Source: Candidatus Coproplasma excrementigallinarum (lineage in GTDB: Bacteria; Bacillota; Clostridia; Christensenellales; Borkfalkiaceae). Taken from it: 64,000 nt of DNA. The notes beneath the pieces are model-generated. The model did not search any database and was not told where the DNA came from. It saw only the letters and a list, made by a program, of their open reading frames with translations. The first letter of the stretch is position 1; each line of letters begins with the position of its first letter. Both the position numbers and the translations under genes were made by a program. The stretch lies in the NCBI GenBank assembly GCA_018714625.1, contig DVNE01000009.1:16840-80839 (forward strand). The letters are read 5' to 3'. This document shows positions 44,158-53,502 of this stretch, one piece after another.

Positions 44158-45284
44158 TGATATATTTAGACAATGCGGCGACTACAAAGCCTGACGAAAG
44201 TTGCCTTGAAGTCGCCGCGCAATACCTTAAAGAAAAATTTTTTAATCCTTCCGCACTCTATGCGGAAGGATATAATTTGCATATAGAGCTTGAAGAGGCA
44301 CGCAAAAGCATACTCTCCAATATAGCCGACGAGGACGAATATGAACTTATAGTGACATCCTGCGGAACGGAAGCCGATAACCAGGCGATATTCTGCGGCG
44401 GAAGGCGCGGTAACATAGTCACGACGGCAGGCGAGCATGCCGCGGTATATGCAACCGTGCTTGAAGCGGGCAGAAGGGGCGTTGAGGCGCGCTTTGCGCC
44501 CCTTAAAGCTGACGGCAGCGTAGACGTTGAAGAACTTCTGAAGCTTGTAGACGATAAGACTTCGCTCGTTTCGTTAATTCACGTCAACAACGAAACGGGT
44601 GCAATCAACGATATAAACGCGATAGCGGCGGCAGTAAAGGCAAAAAATCCGCGTGCTCTCTTTCATTCGGACGGCGTTCAGGCCTATGCAAAAATTCCGT
44701 TCAGACTTTCAAAGGATATAGATATGTACTCTTTGAGCGCGCATAAATTCGGTGCCTGCAAGGGTACGGGTGCACTCATAAAGAGGAAAAAGCTGGTAAT
44801 TTCGCCCTATATCTGGGGCGGCGGGCAGGAGCGCGGACTCAGGAGCGGCACGGAAAATGTATTCGGCATAAAAATGCTGGAGCTTGCCGCAAAAAAATCC
44901 TATGCAGGTATTGCCGAAAATTATAAAAAGATACGCGCGGTAAATAATAAGCTCTGGGAATTGCTCGATAAAGATTTGTTCAGAAAGCTCTCGCCGGAAA
45001 ACGGCTCGCCGTACATTCTCACCGTTATTGCAGAGGGTGTGCGCGGCGAAACGATTTTGCATATGTGCGACGACGAGGGACTGATTATAGGCACGGGCTC
45101 GGCCTGTTCATCAAACTCGGCAAAGCGCTATTCGCGCGTTATTCTTGCGTGTGGAGTGGAAAACAGCCTTGCCGACGGCGTTTTAAGACTGAGTTTTTGC
45201 CGCAATACAACTCTTGAAGAGGCTACCCAAGCTGCCTCAATTCTGAACAGAATTGTGCGCGCAGACAGAGAAATGATGAAGTAA
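44157..45284 (+). CDS. class V aminotransferase-fold cysteine desulfurase (NifS/IscS-like)
   Basis: IYLDNAATT N-terminus, PLP-lysine motif SLSAHKFGACKG, and active-site Cys loop GSACSS. It lies immediately upstream of thiI, as in the Bacillus nifZ-thiI pair. The start overlaps the carB stop (TAATG). Confidence 0.85.
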   Translation: MIYLDNAATTKPDESCLEVAAQYLKEKFFNPSALYAEGYNLHIELEEARKSILSNIADEDEYELIVTSCGTEADNQAIFCGGRRGNIVTTAGEHAAVYATVLEAGRRGVEARFAPLKADGSVDVEELLKLVDDKTSLVSLIHVNNETGAINDINAIAAAVKAKNPRALFHSDGVQAYAKIPFRLSKDIDMYSLSAHKFGACKGTGALIKRKKLVISPYIWGGGQERGLRSGTENVFGIKMLELAAKKSYAGIAENYKKIRAVNNKLWELLDKDLFRKLSPENGSPYILTVIAEGVRGETILHMCDDEGLIIGTGSACSSNSAKRYSRVILACGVENSLADGVLRLSFCRNTTLEEATQAASILNRIVRADREMMK

Positions 45285-45287
45285 ACT

Positions 45288-46442
45288 ATGGAAAAGGTAA
45301 TTATAATCCGCTATGCGGAGATACATTTAAAGGGTAAAAACCGCGGATATTTCGAGCGCGCCTTTGCCGCGAATATGGAAAAGTCGCTTAAGGGTATCCG
45401 CCATGAAATCCGCAGACAGAGCGGAAGGTATCTCGTTGAGAAATTTGACGACGGAGAAGTTGATAAAATTGTAAAAAAGCTTACCAAGGTCTTTGGTATG
45501 CACTCCTTGAGCGTGGGCTATCAGGTCAATTCCGATATGGACGAGATATTTGCCGCGGCGTGCGAGGTCAGCGATAAATTCGGCTCTTTCAAGGTTGAAA
45601 CGCATCGTGCAGATAAAAAATTTCCGCTCAAATCGCCGCAGATAAGTGCGGCAATAGGCGGAAGGCTGCTCGACTACAATAAAAATTTAAAAGTTGACGT
45701 GCACGAACCCGAGTTTGTTATAAATATCGATGTGCGCGAAAACGGTAAAACGCTTGTATTCAATAAGTTTATAAAGTGTGCCGACGGTATGCCGGTTGGT
45801 ACTGCGGGGCGCGGTCTGCTGCTTCTTTCGGGCGGTATAGACAGCCCTGTGGCGGGCCATATGATTGCAAAGCGCGGAATGAAGGTCGACTGCCTGCATT
45901 TCCACAGTTACCCGTATACCAACATGCAGGCAAGGCAGAAGGTGATCGACCTTGCGCAAATACTTTCTGAATACACCTGCGGAATAAGACTTTCCATAAT
46001 CTCTGTTAAGGAAATCCAGGAAGAGATACACAAACACTGCAACGGAGCGTATATGGTAACAATTCTGCGCCGCTTTATGATGCGCCTTGCCGAAAGATTG
46101 GCAAAGAAGGACGGCGACCAGTGCATAATCACGGGTGAAAGCCTCGGCCAGGTTGCAAGCCAGACAATCGAGGGTATGACTTCGTCTAACAGCGTAATAG
46201 AGAGCTTGCCCGTTCTGCGCCCGCTCTGCGGATTTGACAAGAACGAAATCATTGAAAGAAGCAGGGCAATGGGCGCATACGACGTTTCAATCAGACCTTA
46301 CGAAGATTGTTGCACGGTATTTTTGCCCGACTACCCCATAATCAAGCCCAAGCTTGAAGATGTTATTGCCGAGGAGGCTAAACTCGATATAGAGAGGTTG
46401 CTCGACTCTGCATTTGCCACGCTTGAAGTAAAAGAATATTGA
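45288..46442 (+). CDS. thiI: tRNA 4-thiouridine(8) synthase / thiamine sulfur-transfer protein ThiI
   Basis: N-terminal ferredoxin-like and THUMP region (IIRYAEIHLKGKNR), PP-loop SGGIDSPVA. There is no rhodanese domain, as in Gram-positive ThiI. Confidence 0.9.
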   Translation: MEKVIIIRYAEIHLKGKNRGYFERAFAANMEKSLKGIRHEIRRQSGRYLVEKFDDGEVDKIVKKLTKVFGMHSLSVGYQVNSDMDEIFAAACEVSDKFGSFKVETHRADKKFPLKSPQISAAIGGRLLDYNKNLKVDVHEPEFVINIDVRENGKTLVFNKFIKCADGMPVGTAGRGLLLLSGGIDSPVAGHMIAKRGMKVDCLHFHSYPYTNMQARQKVIDLAQILSEYTCGIRLSIISVKEIQEEIHKHCNGAYMVTILRRFMMRLAERLAKKDGDQCIITGESLGQVASQTIEGMTSSNSVIESLPVLRPLCGFDKNEIIERSRAMGAYDVSIRPYEDCCTVFLPDYPIIKPKLEDVIAEEAKLDIERLLDSAFATLEVKEY

Positions 46443-46725
46443 CAAAACAAAATGATATTAACAAAACAAATGTTTGTTTAATGCCATGCCCTTTGAAAAC
46501 AGCTGAACAGCTTAGTCAGCGGCAGGTGTTTACACATAAAGCAGTAATTTTTTATAGGCTGGCGGAAATTGACACTTCAGCAGGTTTGAAAATTTCAAGG
46601 CTGGCTCGCGTTGTGTAATATAAAAATTTGAGCACAGCCGATTAAAATATTGAAAAATCAAGATAACTCAGCTGAGAGATTAAGAGTAAGAGTTTAGTCA
46701 AAGTAAAATTGAATTTTATCAAAGT

Positions 46726-46754
46726 AAAAATGCGCCTTGTCGGCGCATTTTTTT
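46726..46754 (+). terminator. rho-independent terminator, the first one seen after thiI
   Basis: TGCGCC / GGCGCA stem flanked by AAAAA and TTTTTTT. It lies about 285 nt past the thiI stop. Confidence 0.75.
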
Positions 46755-47179
46755 ATAAAAAAATTTAACAATGATTTTATTGAACTCTGATTTTGCATTA
46801 CAGTTTTATTGAAAAAACTGGAGTAAATAAGTTTTTAAAAAAGCGCAGGTAAATAATTCTTTTTAAAAACTTAAATCGCAAGCAAAATTTTCTGACGGAT
46901 ATTGCAGTAAGAAGATAAGTGCTTTAAGGCAGCATTTAAACCAAGTTAAATTGTTTCACAAAAACTGTCTGGCGCAGGTAAAATTTATCTCTATTTCAGC
47001 AATTTATGCAGAATGTTTCACGTTGAACGAAAGTAGTGATAAGAAAAAATAAACATAAATCAGTTTGCAAATAACCATTCAGTATGGGAAGGCTGTTTAA
47101 ATAAAGCAAATTAAATTATGTCAAACTTATTTGCTAAAATTTATTCAAAAATCTGAAACTGGGGGTAGGGGAACTGTTT

Positions 47180-49396
47180 CTATTCATTGAACCAATCTCT
47201 TTTGGCGATATCTGGTGTTTCGCTCTGTGGTGACAAGCTGCCTTCCAGGCTAATTGCAGGCAGAGTAACTTCTTTGCCGTAAAATTTTCTGCCTTGATAC
47301 AGATAGTAGGGGGTTACGGTGTAAATATATTTCCCGCTGTCAACTTTATCCTCGATACATTCTTTCCAAACACCATCGTAAATTATCTCTTCATTAGTGT
47401 CATTTTTTCTTTTTATGCTATATGCGTAGTACTCTGCGTGACATAATTTAATAAAAACTGTGCCATTTTTGGTAGAAATCGTCGGTTTTTTAATTTCTGG
47501 TGAGCTGAAGCGTGCAGACCGTTCTTTTGGAATGTTTCCGCTCAGAACCTTTATCTGCTTGGTGCTTATTTTAGGGGCGATATCTTCGGCGAGCACAAAT
47601 CTTCCTTTGTCGTTATATTCCGCCCTGTCTATTAATATGTCATCTGTTCCTTTGTTCTTTTCGAGTGGCAGTGGGTTGTGGTCTTTATAAAGCTCGTTTA
47701 AAATATCCGACGCAAATTTTGTGCAGTCTTTTCCGCCGGTCACATTGAGCGGTTTGTTCTCCGCGCTTCCCAGCCATACGGCAAGGCAGTCCTCGCCCGT
47801 GTAACATATGCAGTAGGCGTCTGTATTGCCCTTCTCCGTTCCGCAGGTACCCGTCTTTGCCGCCAGGTCATAATTTTTCCCTGCAAGCTTTTTTGCCGTG
47901 CCGTATTCTACGGATTTTTCCAGCATTCCGTTTATCAGCGAGGCCGTTCCCTGGCTGAACGCACCCTGCTCTCTCTTTTGCGAACGGTAGATAGTTTTGC
48001 CGTTATTCAGTTTTATCTCTTTGATAAAGCGCGTTGCGGTGTAGTTGCCTCCGCGGGGGAATGCTCTGTACATTTCGCAAAGTTTCTGTAAATCAGTGCC
48101 GTACTTCATTCCGCCGAGGGCAAGGGAGAGGTTTTTTTCTTCGTCTTCAAGCTTTATTCCAAGTCTGTGCGCATATTTTTCCGCCTTGTCTATCGTCAGA
48201 CTGTTGAGTGTTTTTACTGCTGGAATGTTGTAGCTCTTTGCGAGAGCCTCTTCAGCGGTTATATATCCGTGATACTTTTTATCGTGATTTTCAGGGCAAT
48301 ACCCGCCGAAGTTTATGGGCTCGTCAGCTATCTTTGTTGCGGGGGAAATAAGTTTTTCCTCTATGGCGGGTGCGTACACAAGCAGCGGCTTTATTATGGA
48401 GCCGGGCTGTCGCCTTGCCCTGCCTATGTCGGAGCGGTAGGCCTTTACGCCCCCGTCAACAGATGTGACGATGCAGGCCGCGTCCGTTTCCGTCTTTGTC
48501 TCGACAATTTTTTGCAGATTTGCGTCCATAAAGGTTATTATTTTACATCCCTCGGTTACCAGGTCTGCCGCAGGAAAAATGTTCTCCAGCTCTTCAAATA
48601 CCGCAGAGAGGTAGTCGGAGTTTCCTCCTGCGCGGTGACCCACCTGCTGCGGAAGACTGCTCTTTACGGCCGCGTCATACTCGCTCTTTTCTATAAAACC
48701 GCAATTTTTCATCGCGCCCAGAACTATGTTCCTGCGCTCAAGGCATTTTTCGCCGTCTTTGAAAGGGGAGTAGTTGTTCGGGGAGGACAAAAGTCCTGCA
48801 AGCGTGGCGCTCTCGGCGAGGTCGAGGTTGTTTGCGGTAGTCCCGAAGTAAAACTGAGCCGCGCTCTCCAGACCATAGCAGTTGTGTCCGAAATAGATTG
48901 TGTTGAGGTACATCTCGAGAATTTCGTCTTTGGAATACTTTTTTTCAAGCGCCCTTGTAAGTTTTATCTCTTTAAGCTTGCGCGAAATGGTCTTGTCGCC
49001 CGTAAGGTGGGTGTTTTTTATGAGCTGCTGGCTTATGGTTGAAGCCCCCTGCCTGAACGAGCGCGAGCCTATGTTTGTAATCAGCGCCTTCACCATTCTT
49101 TTGTAGTTGAGACCGCTGTGCTTATAGAACATTCTGTCCTCCGAGGCTATAAAGGCGTTCACGGTGTAGTCTTTGAGGTCGGCAAGGCGCACGCTCTTTC
49201 GTTTTGCGGAGAGCGAGGCGTTTGTTATCTCTTTGCCGTCTTTGTCGCAGACTGTTATGCACCTTCCGTAATCGGTGAGCTTGCTTTCGTCGAGTTTTGC
49301 GTCTTTTGTTATGGCAAGATATGCGGCGAAAACCGCTATTACTGCCGTCAGCGCTATCGCCGACAGCACAAGAACTACTTTAAATGCTTTCTTCAT
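47180..49396 (-). CDS. class A (bifunctional glycosyltransferase/transpeptidase) penicillin-binding protein
   Basis: N-terminal TM anchor. GT51 motifs EDRMFYKHSG, GASTISQQL and RKLKE. Transpeptidase motifs SIIKP (SxxK), SYN (SxN) and KTGT. A C-terminal extra domain of about 170 aa. Confidence 0.9.
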   Translation of the reverse strand: MKKAFKVVLVLSAIALTAVIAVFAAYLAITKDAKLDESKLTDYGRCITVCDKDGKEITNASLSAKRKSVRLADLKDYTVNAFIASEDRMFYKHSGLNYKRMVKALITNIGSRSFRQGASTISQQLIKNTHLTGDKTISRKLKEIKLTRALEKKYSKDEILEMYLNTIYFGHNCYGLESAAQFYFGTTANNLDLAESATLAGLLSSPNNYSPFKDGEKCLERRNIVLGAMKNCGFIEKSEYDAAVKSSLPQQVGHRAGGNSDYLSAVFEELENIFPAADLVTEGCKIITFMDANLQKIVETKTETDAACIVTSVDGGVKAYRSDIGRARRQPGSIIKPLLVYAPAIEEKLISPATKIADEPINFGGYCPENHDKKYHGYITAEEALAKSYNIPAVKTLNSLTIDKAEKYAHRLGIKLEDEEKNLSLALGGMKYGTDLQKLCEMYRAFPRGGNYTATRFIKEIKLNNGKTIYRSQKREQGAFSQGTASLINGMLEKSVEYGTAKKLAGKNYDLAAKTGTCGTEKGNTDAYCICYTGEDCLAVWLGSAENKPLNVTGGKDCTKFASDILNELYKDHNPLPLEKNKGTDDILIDRAEYNDKGRFVLAEDIAPKISTKQIKVLSGNIPKERSARFSSPEIKKPTISTKNGTVFIKLCHAEYYAYSIKRKNDTNEEIIYDGVWKECIEDKVDSGKYIYTVTPYYLYQGRKFYGKEVTLPAISLEGSLSPQSETPDIAKRDWFNE

Positions 49397-49439
49397 CTAA
49401 AATAGTATCTATAAAATAAAGAATTTGTTGCAAATTTAT

Positions 49440-49468
49440 TTGAAAAAACTTCTCTAAAATTATATAAT
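49440..49468 (+). promoter_or_regulatory. sigma-A-type promoter of miaB (TTGAAA-17-TATAAT) placed for a leaderless transcript
   Basis: Hexamers at 49440-49445 and 49463-49468. The miaB ATG (49476) starts 8 nt after the -10 element and no SD is present. Confidence 0.5.
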
Positions 49469-49475
49469 TGTATGT

Positions 49476-50789
49476 ATGGACAAACATTATCACATTGTTA
49501 CTTACGGTTGCCAGATGAACGTGCACGATTCCGAGAGGATTGCGGGCATGCTCTCTGAGCTCGGTTATACCGCCTGCGACGACATGGAAGGGGCGGACAT
49601 AGTAGTTTTTAACACCTGCTGCATAAGGGAAAATGCCGAAAATCACGCCTATGGCAATATCGGCATGCTCAAAAAGCTCAAGGCTGCCCGCCGCGATATG
49701 ATAGTGGCGGTCGGCGGCTGTATGCCCCAGCAGATAGGCAAGGCCGATATCCTGCACAAAAAATTTCCGTATGTAGACGTAATCTTTGGTACGCACAACC
49801 TCAATAAGCTCAAGGACTACATACTTGAAAGGCAGAGCGGGAAGAAATCTGTAATTGAAATTCAGCCGAGCGAGGGCGAGATTGTAGAGGGTGAAAACCC
49901 TTTAAGGACGAGCTATCCCAACGCGTGGATAAACATAACTTACGGCTGCAACAACTTCTGTAGTTACTGCATTGTTCCTTATGTGCGCGGCAGAGAGAGA
50001 AGCCGCCGTTCGGAGAATGTGATAGCCGAGGCGCGCTCGCTTATCAAAGAGGGCTACAAGGAGCTGACACTGTTGGGGCAGAATGTAAATTCATACGCAA
50101 ACGGCTCTGACGACATATCGTTTCCTAAGCTTTTAAGTGAGATAGCAGGTATTGGCGGCAAGTTCAGACTGCGCTTTATGACCAGCCATCCCAAGGACTT
50201 TTCCGAAGAGCTTGCCAGGGTAATTTCTGAGTATCCTCAGATATGCAACTGTGTGCATCTGCCCGTGCAGAGCGGCTCAGACAGAATACTCAGGGCAATG
50301 AACAGGAAATATACATCCGCCGATTACCTCAAAAAGATTGAGATTTTAAAAAAATATGTGCCCGACTGCGCCGTCACTACCGACCTTATAGTGGGTTTTC
50401 CGGGTGAGACGGACGAAGATTTCAAAGATACTTTAAAACTTGTAAAGCAGGTGGGATTTTCCTCCGCGTTTACCTTCGTCTATTCAAAGCGTGAAGGCAC
50501 GGTGGCCGCGCGTATGCCCGACCAGGTGCCTGAAGAGGTGTGCAAGGAGCGTATAATGGAGCTTGTCTTCCTGGTAAATTCACTCACGAGGGAACAGAGT
50601 GCGCGCTATGTGGGCAAGACCTGCGAGATACTCTGCGAGGACTATGATAAAAAGCGCGAACTGTACCTCGGCAGGGACGAATTCGGCCGAATGGGGTATT
50701 TTGCGAGCGAAAAGAATGTAATCGGCGAGTTTGTCAACCTCAAGGTGGACGAGGCGAACGGTGTTTCGCTTATGGGCAGGCTTGTCTGA
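49476..50789 (+). CDS. miaB: tRNA-2-methylthio-N6-dimethylallyladenosine synthase
   Basis: MTTase N-domain (HIVTYGCQMNVHDSE...NTCCIRE), radical-SAM CNNFCSYC and a C-terminal TRAM domain. It sits upstream of mutS/mutL/miaA. Confidence 0.9.
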   Translation: MDKHYHIVTYGCQMNVHDSERIAGMLSELGYTACDDMEGADIVVFNTCCIRENAENHAYGNIGMLKKLKAARRDMIVAVGGCMPQQIGKADILHKKFPYVDVIFGTHNLNKLKDYILERQSGKKSVIEIQPSEGEIVEGENPLRTSYPNAWINITYGCNNFCSYCIVPYVRGRERSRRSENVIAEARSLIKEGYKELTLLGQNVNSYANGSDDISFPKLLSEIAGIGGKFRLRFMTSHPKDFSEELARVISEYPQICNCVHLPVQSGSDRILRAMNRKYTSADYLKKIEILKKYVPDCAVTTDLIVGFPGETDEDFKDTLKLVKQVGFSSAFTFVYSKREGTVAARMPDQVPEEVCKERIMELVFLVNSLTREQSARYVGKTCEILCEDYDKKRELYLGRDEFGRMGYFASEKNVIGEFVNLKVDEANGVSLMGRLV

Positions 50790-50809
50790 TTTCAGTATAT
50801 AACTTATTT

Positions 50810-50912
50810 CAACGGCGCAATGCCGTACAGAAAAAGTAATTTTTCCGCGGCGCAACGCCGTATAGGAACAGTAATTTTCCGCGGCGCAAGGCCGCATGAC
50901 AACAGCAATTTT
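50810..50912 (+). repeat. three tandem 34-35-bp repeats, each holding a small GC hairpin plus an A-rich/AATTTT tail, between miaB and mutS
   Basis: Repeat 1 (50810-50844): CAACGGCGCAATGCCGTACAGAAAAAGTAATTTTT. Repeat 2 (50845-50878): CCGCGGCGCAACGCCGTATAGGAACAGTAATTTT. Repeat 3 (50879-50912): CCGCGGCGCAAGGCCGCATGACAACAGCAATTTT. Confidence 0.85.
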
Positions 50913-50924
50913 ACGAAGGTAATT

Positions 50925-53501
50925 ATGGCACTTTCACCGATGATGGGGCATTACCTCAGCATAAAAGAAAAATATAAGGACTGCATAGTTTTTTACAGAC
51001 TGGGCGACTTTTACGAGATGTTCTTCGACGACGCCGTAAAAGTTTCAAAGATGCTAGACCTCACCCTTACGGGCAGAGATTGCGGGCTGGAAGAGCGCGC
51101 GCCGATGTGCGGAGTGCCCTATCACGCGGCCGATGCATACATTGCCAAGCTCGTTGAGATGGGTGAGAAGGTGGCAATCTGCGAACAGCTCGAAGATCCC
51201 GCGCAGGCCACGGGTATGGTTGCGCGCGATGTGATAAGGGTGGTGACCGCAGGCACGCTCACCGACGAAAAGCACCTCGACGAAAAAACTCCCAGCTTTG
51301 TGTGCAGCGCTTATTTAAGCGGCGAAGACGCCGCGATTGCCTGGGCAGACATAACCACGGGCGAGTTCTGTGCCGCCGATTTTTCCGGCGGCAATGCCGT
51401 GTCGCAGGTCATTTCTCAGATGCTCCGTCTGGGCGTTAAAGAGATTATCTGCAACGAAGAATTCCTTATGACCTCGCGCAATCTTCCCGAAGTTTCGCGC
51501 GGGGCGCTGCCTAAATTTTCTTCGTATCCCGAGTGGGCATATGGCGACGCCGCGGCCGAACGCGCTCTCTGCGAGCAGTTCGGTGCCAAGTCTCTGGACG
51601 CATACTCCGTAAAGGGACACAGAGCGGCAATATGCGCGGCGGGCTCGCTCATTGAATATTTAAATGATACGCAGAAGCACACTCTCAGAAATATAGACGG
51701 CATAAAATATGTCTCTTCAGACAGCTACATGAAGCTCGATACAGCCGCAATACGCAATCTCGAGCTTGTAAAGACGCTGTCAGAGGGCAAAAAATACGGC
51801 TCTCTTCTCGGTGTGCTCGACAAGACGCGCACGGGAATGGGCGCGCGCCTTCTTTACGGCAGTATCGTTGCGCCGCTCGTCGATAAAGACGCCATCAATT
51901 ACAGACTTGACGGCGTGGAGGAGCTTTTCGGCGCGCCCGTCGTAATGCTCTCTCTTTCAGAGCTGCTCTCTGAAATCAGGGATATAGAGAGGCTCTCGGG
52001 CAAAGTCTCCAACGACAATATTATGCCGCGCGACTGTCTTGCTCTTTCGCGCTCTCTCAGCGTAATACCGAACATAAAATTCCAGCTCTCCGGCTTCAGC
52101 TCGCGCATTTTGAAGGATATTTCTGCGGGGCTGATAGATTTGAGCGCGGTAGCCGACCTTATAGACAGGGCGATAGAGGACGAAAAGACGCCCGTCAATT
52201 TAAAGGACGGCGGCTATATAAAGGCGGGATATAACAGCCAGCTCGACGAATTCAGGAATATAAAGAGCCACGGCAGCTCACTGGTACAGAACATAGAGAC
52301 GCGTGAGCGCGACGTGACGGGAATACGCACGCTCAAAGTGGGCTATAACCGCGTATTCGGCTACTATATCGAAGTTTCCAAGTCATTTAAGGATAAAGTA
52401 CCCATAACCTACCAGCGCCGCCAGACGCTTGCAAACTCCGAAAGGTACACCACTGACGAGCTTAAAGAGGTTGAGGAAAAGATACTTACAAGCGAGGATT
52501 CGGCGCTTAAACTCGAGGCACAGCTCTATGCCGATATTAAGGAGGAGCTGGCAAAAAATATAAACAATCTTAAAAAACTTTCGGCCGCGGTCGCCCGCCT
52601 CGACGTGCTTGTATCCTTTGCCCAGGTGGCAAAGAGCAATAAATACGTCCGTCCGCAGATGGTATCTTCGGATAGTCCGCTCATAATCAAGGAGGGCAGG
52701 CATCCCGTAGTCGAGAGCATTTCCAAAGAGCGCTTTGTTGCCAACGACGTTCTGCTCGACGAGGGCGAAAACCGTACAATGATTATTACGGGCCCCAATA
52801 TGGCGGGCAAGAGCACATATATGCGCCAGACCGCGCTTATCACCGTTATGGCGCACATTGGCAGCTTTGTGCCTGCAAAGTCGGCGCAGATTCCCGTTAC
52901 TGACAGAATATTCACCAGGGTAGGCGCGAGCGATAATCTCATTCTCGACCAGAGTACGTTTATGGTGGAGATGATAGAGGTGGCGGCTATTCTTCGCAAC
53001 GCGACGAGGCACAGTCTGCTCATTCTTGACGAGGTAGGCAGAGGAACGAGTACATACGACGGGCTGAGCATTGCCTGGGCGGTGATTGAGGATATAACGC
53101 AGCGAATCGGTGCCAAAACGATGTTTGCCACTCACTATCACGAGCTTACAGAGCTTGAAAACAGGATAGAGGGTATAAAGAACTATAAAATAGCCGTAAA
53201 GGAAGTCAACGGCAGCATAGTCTTTCTGCGCAAGATAATGCGCGGCGGCGCAAACCGCAGCTTTGGTATAGAGGTTGCCGCGCTTGCAGGCGTACCCAAG
53301 GAGGTTACGCAGAGGGCAAAGCAGATTTTAAAGGCTGTTGAGCGGAGCGAGGGTGTAGTCCTTAAAGAGAGTGAAGAGGAGCAGCCAGAGGAGAAGCATT
53401 ATTCAGAGGTGGAAACAATCCTTAAGGAAACGGATATGAATACGCTTTCGCCTATGCAGGCCTTCCTTCTGCTCTCCGATCTCGTTGAAAAGGTGAAGTA
53501 A
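50925..53501 (+). CDS. mutS: DNA mismatch repair protein MutS
   Basis: N-terminal mismatch-binding motif (SPMMGHYLSIKEKYKDCIVFYRLGDFYEMF), Walker A GPNMAGKST, and DEVGRGTSTYDG. I moved the start to ATG 50925 because the upstream part of the tracked ORF is a tandem-repeat spacer. Confidence 0.97.
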   Translation: MALSPMMGHYLSIKEKYKDCIVFYRLGDFYEMFFDDAVKVSKMLDLTLTGRDCGLEERAPMCGVPYHAADAYIAKLVEMGEKVAICEQLEDPAQATGMVARDVIRVVTAGTLTDEKHLDEKTPSFVCSAYLSGEDAAIAWADITTGEFCAADFSGGNAVSQVISQMLRLGVKEIICNEEFLMTSRNLPEVSRGALPKFSSYPEWAYGDAAAERALCEQFGAKSLDAYSVKGHRAAICAAGSLIEYLNDTQKHTLRNIDGIKYVSSDSYMKLDTAAIRNLELVKTLSEGKKYGSLLGVLDKTRTGMGARLLYGSIVAPLVDKDAINYRLDGVEELFGAPVVMLSLSELLSEIRDIERLSGKVSNDNIMPRDCLALSRSLSVIPNIKFQLSGFSSRILKDISAGLIDLSAVADLIDRAIEDEKTPVNLKDGGYIKAGYNSQLDEFRNIKSHGSSLVQNIETRERDVTGIRTLKVGYNRVFGYYIEVSKSFKDKVPITYQRRQTLANSERYTTDELKEVEEKILTSEDSALKLEAQLYADIKEELAKNINNLKKLSAAVARLDVLVSFAQVAKSNKYVRPQMVSSDSPLIIKEGRHPVVESISKERFVANDVLLDEGENRTMIITGPNMAGKSTYMRQTALITVMAHIGSFVPAKSAQIPVTDRIFTRVGASDNLILDQSTFMVEMIEVAAILRNATRHSLLILDEVGRGTSTYDGLSIAWAVIEDITQRIGAKTMFATHYHELTELENRIEGIKNYKIAVKEVNGSIVFLRKIMRGGANRSFGIEVAALAGVPKEVTQRAKQILKAVERSEGVVLKESEEEQPEEKHYSEVETILKETDMNTLSPMQAFLLLSDLVEKVK

Positions 53502-53502
53502 A

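Noticed and set aside
46481-46618. A 45-codon ORF (MPCPLKTAEQ...) lies in the thiI 3' region.
   Set aside because: It has no SD and no recognisable motif, and it sits in an AT-rich spacer. There is not enough evidence to call a small protein.
50810-50912. The tandem 34-bp repeats were considered as a possible mini-CRISPR array.
   Set aside because: There are only three units, they are directly abutting with no unique spacers, the copies are degenerate, and no cas genes are present. I report them as a tandem repeat instead.
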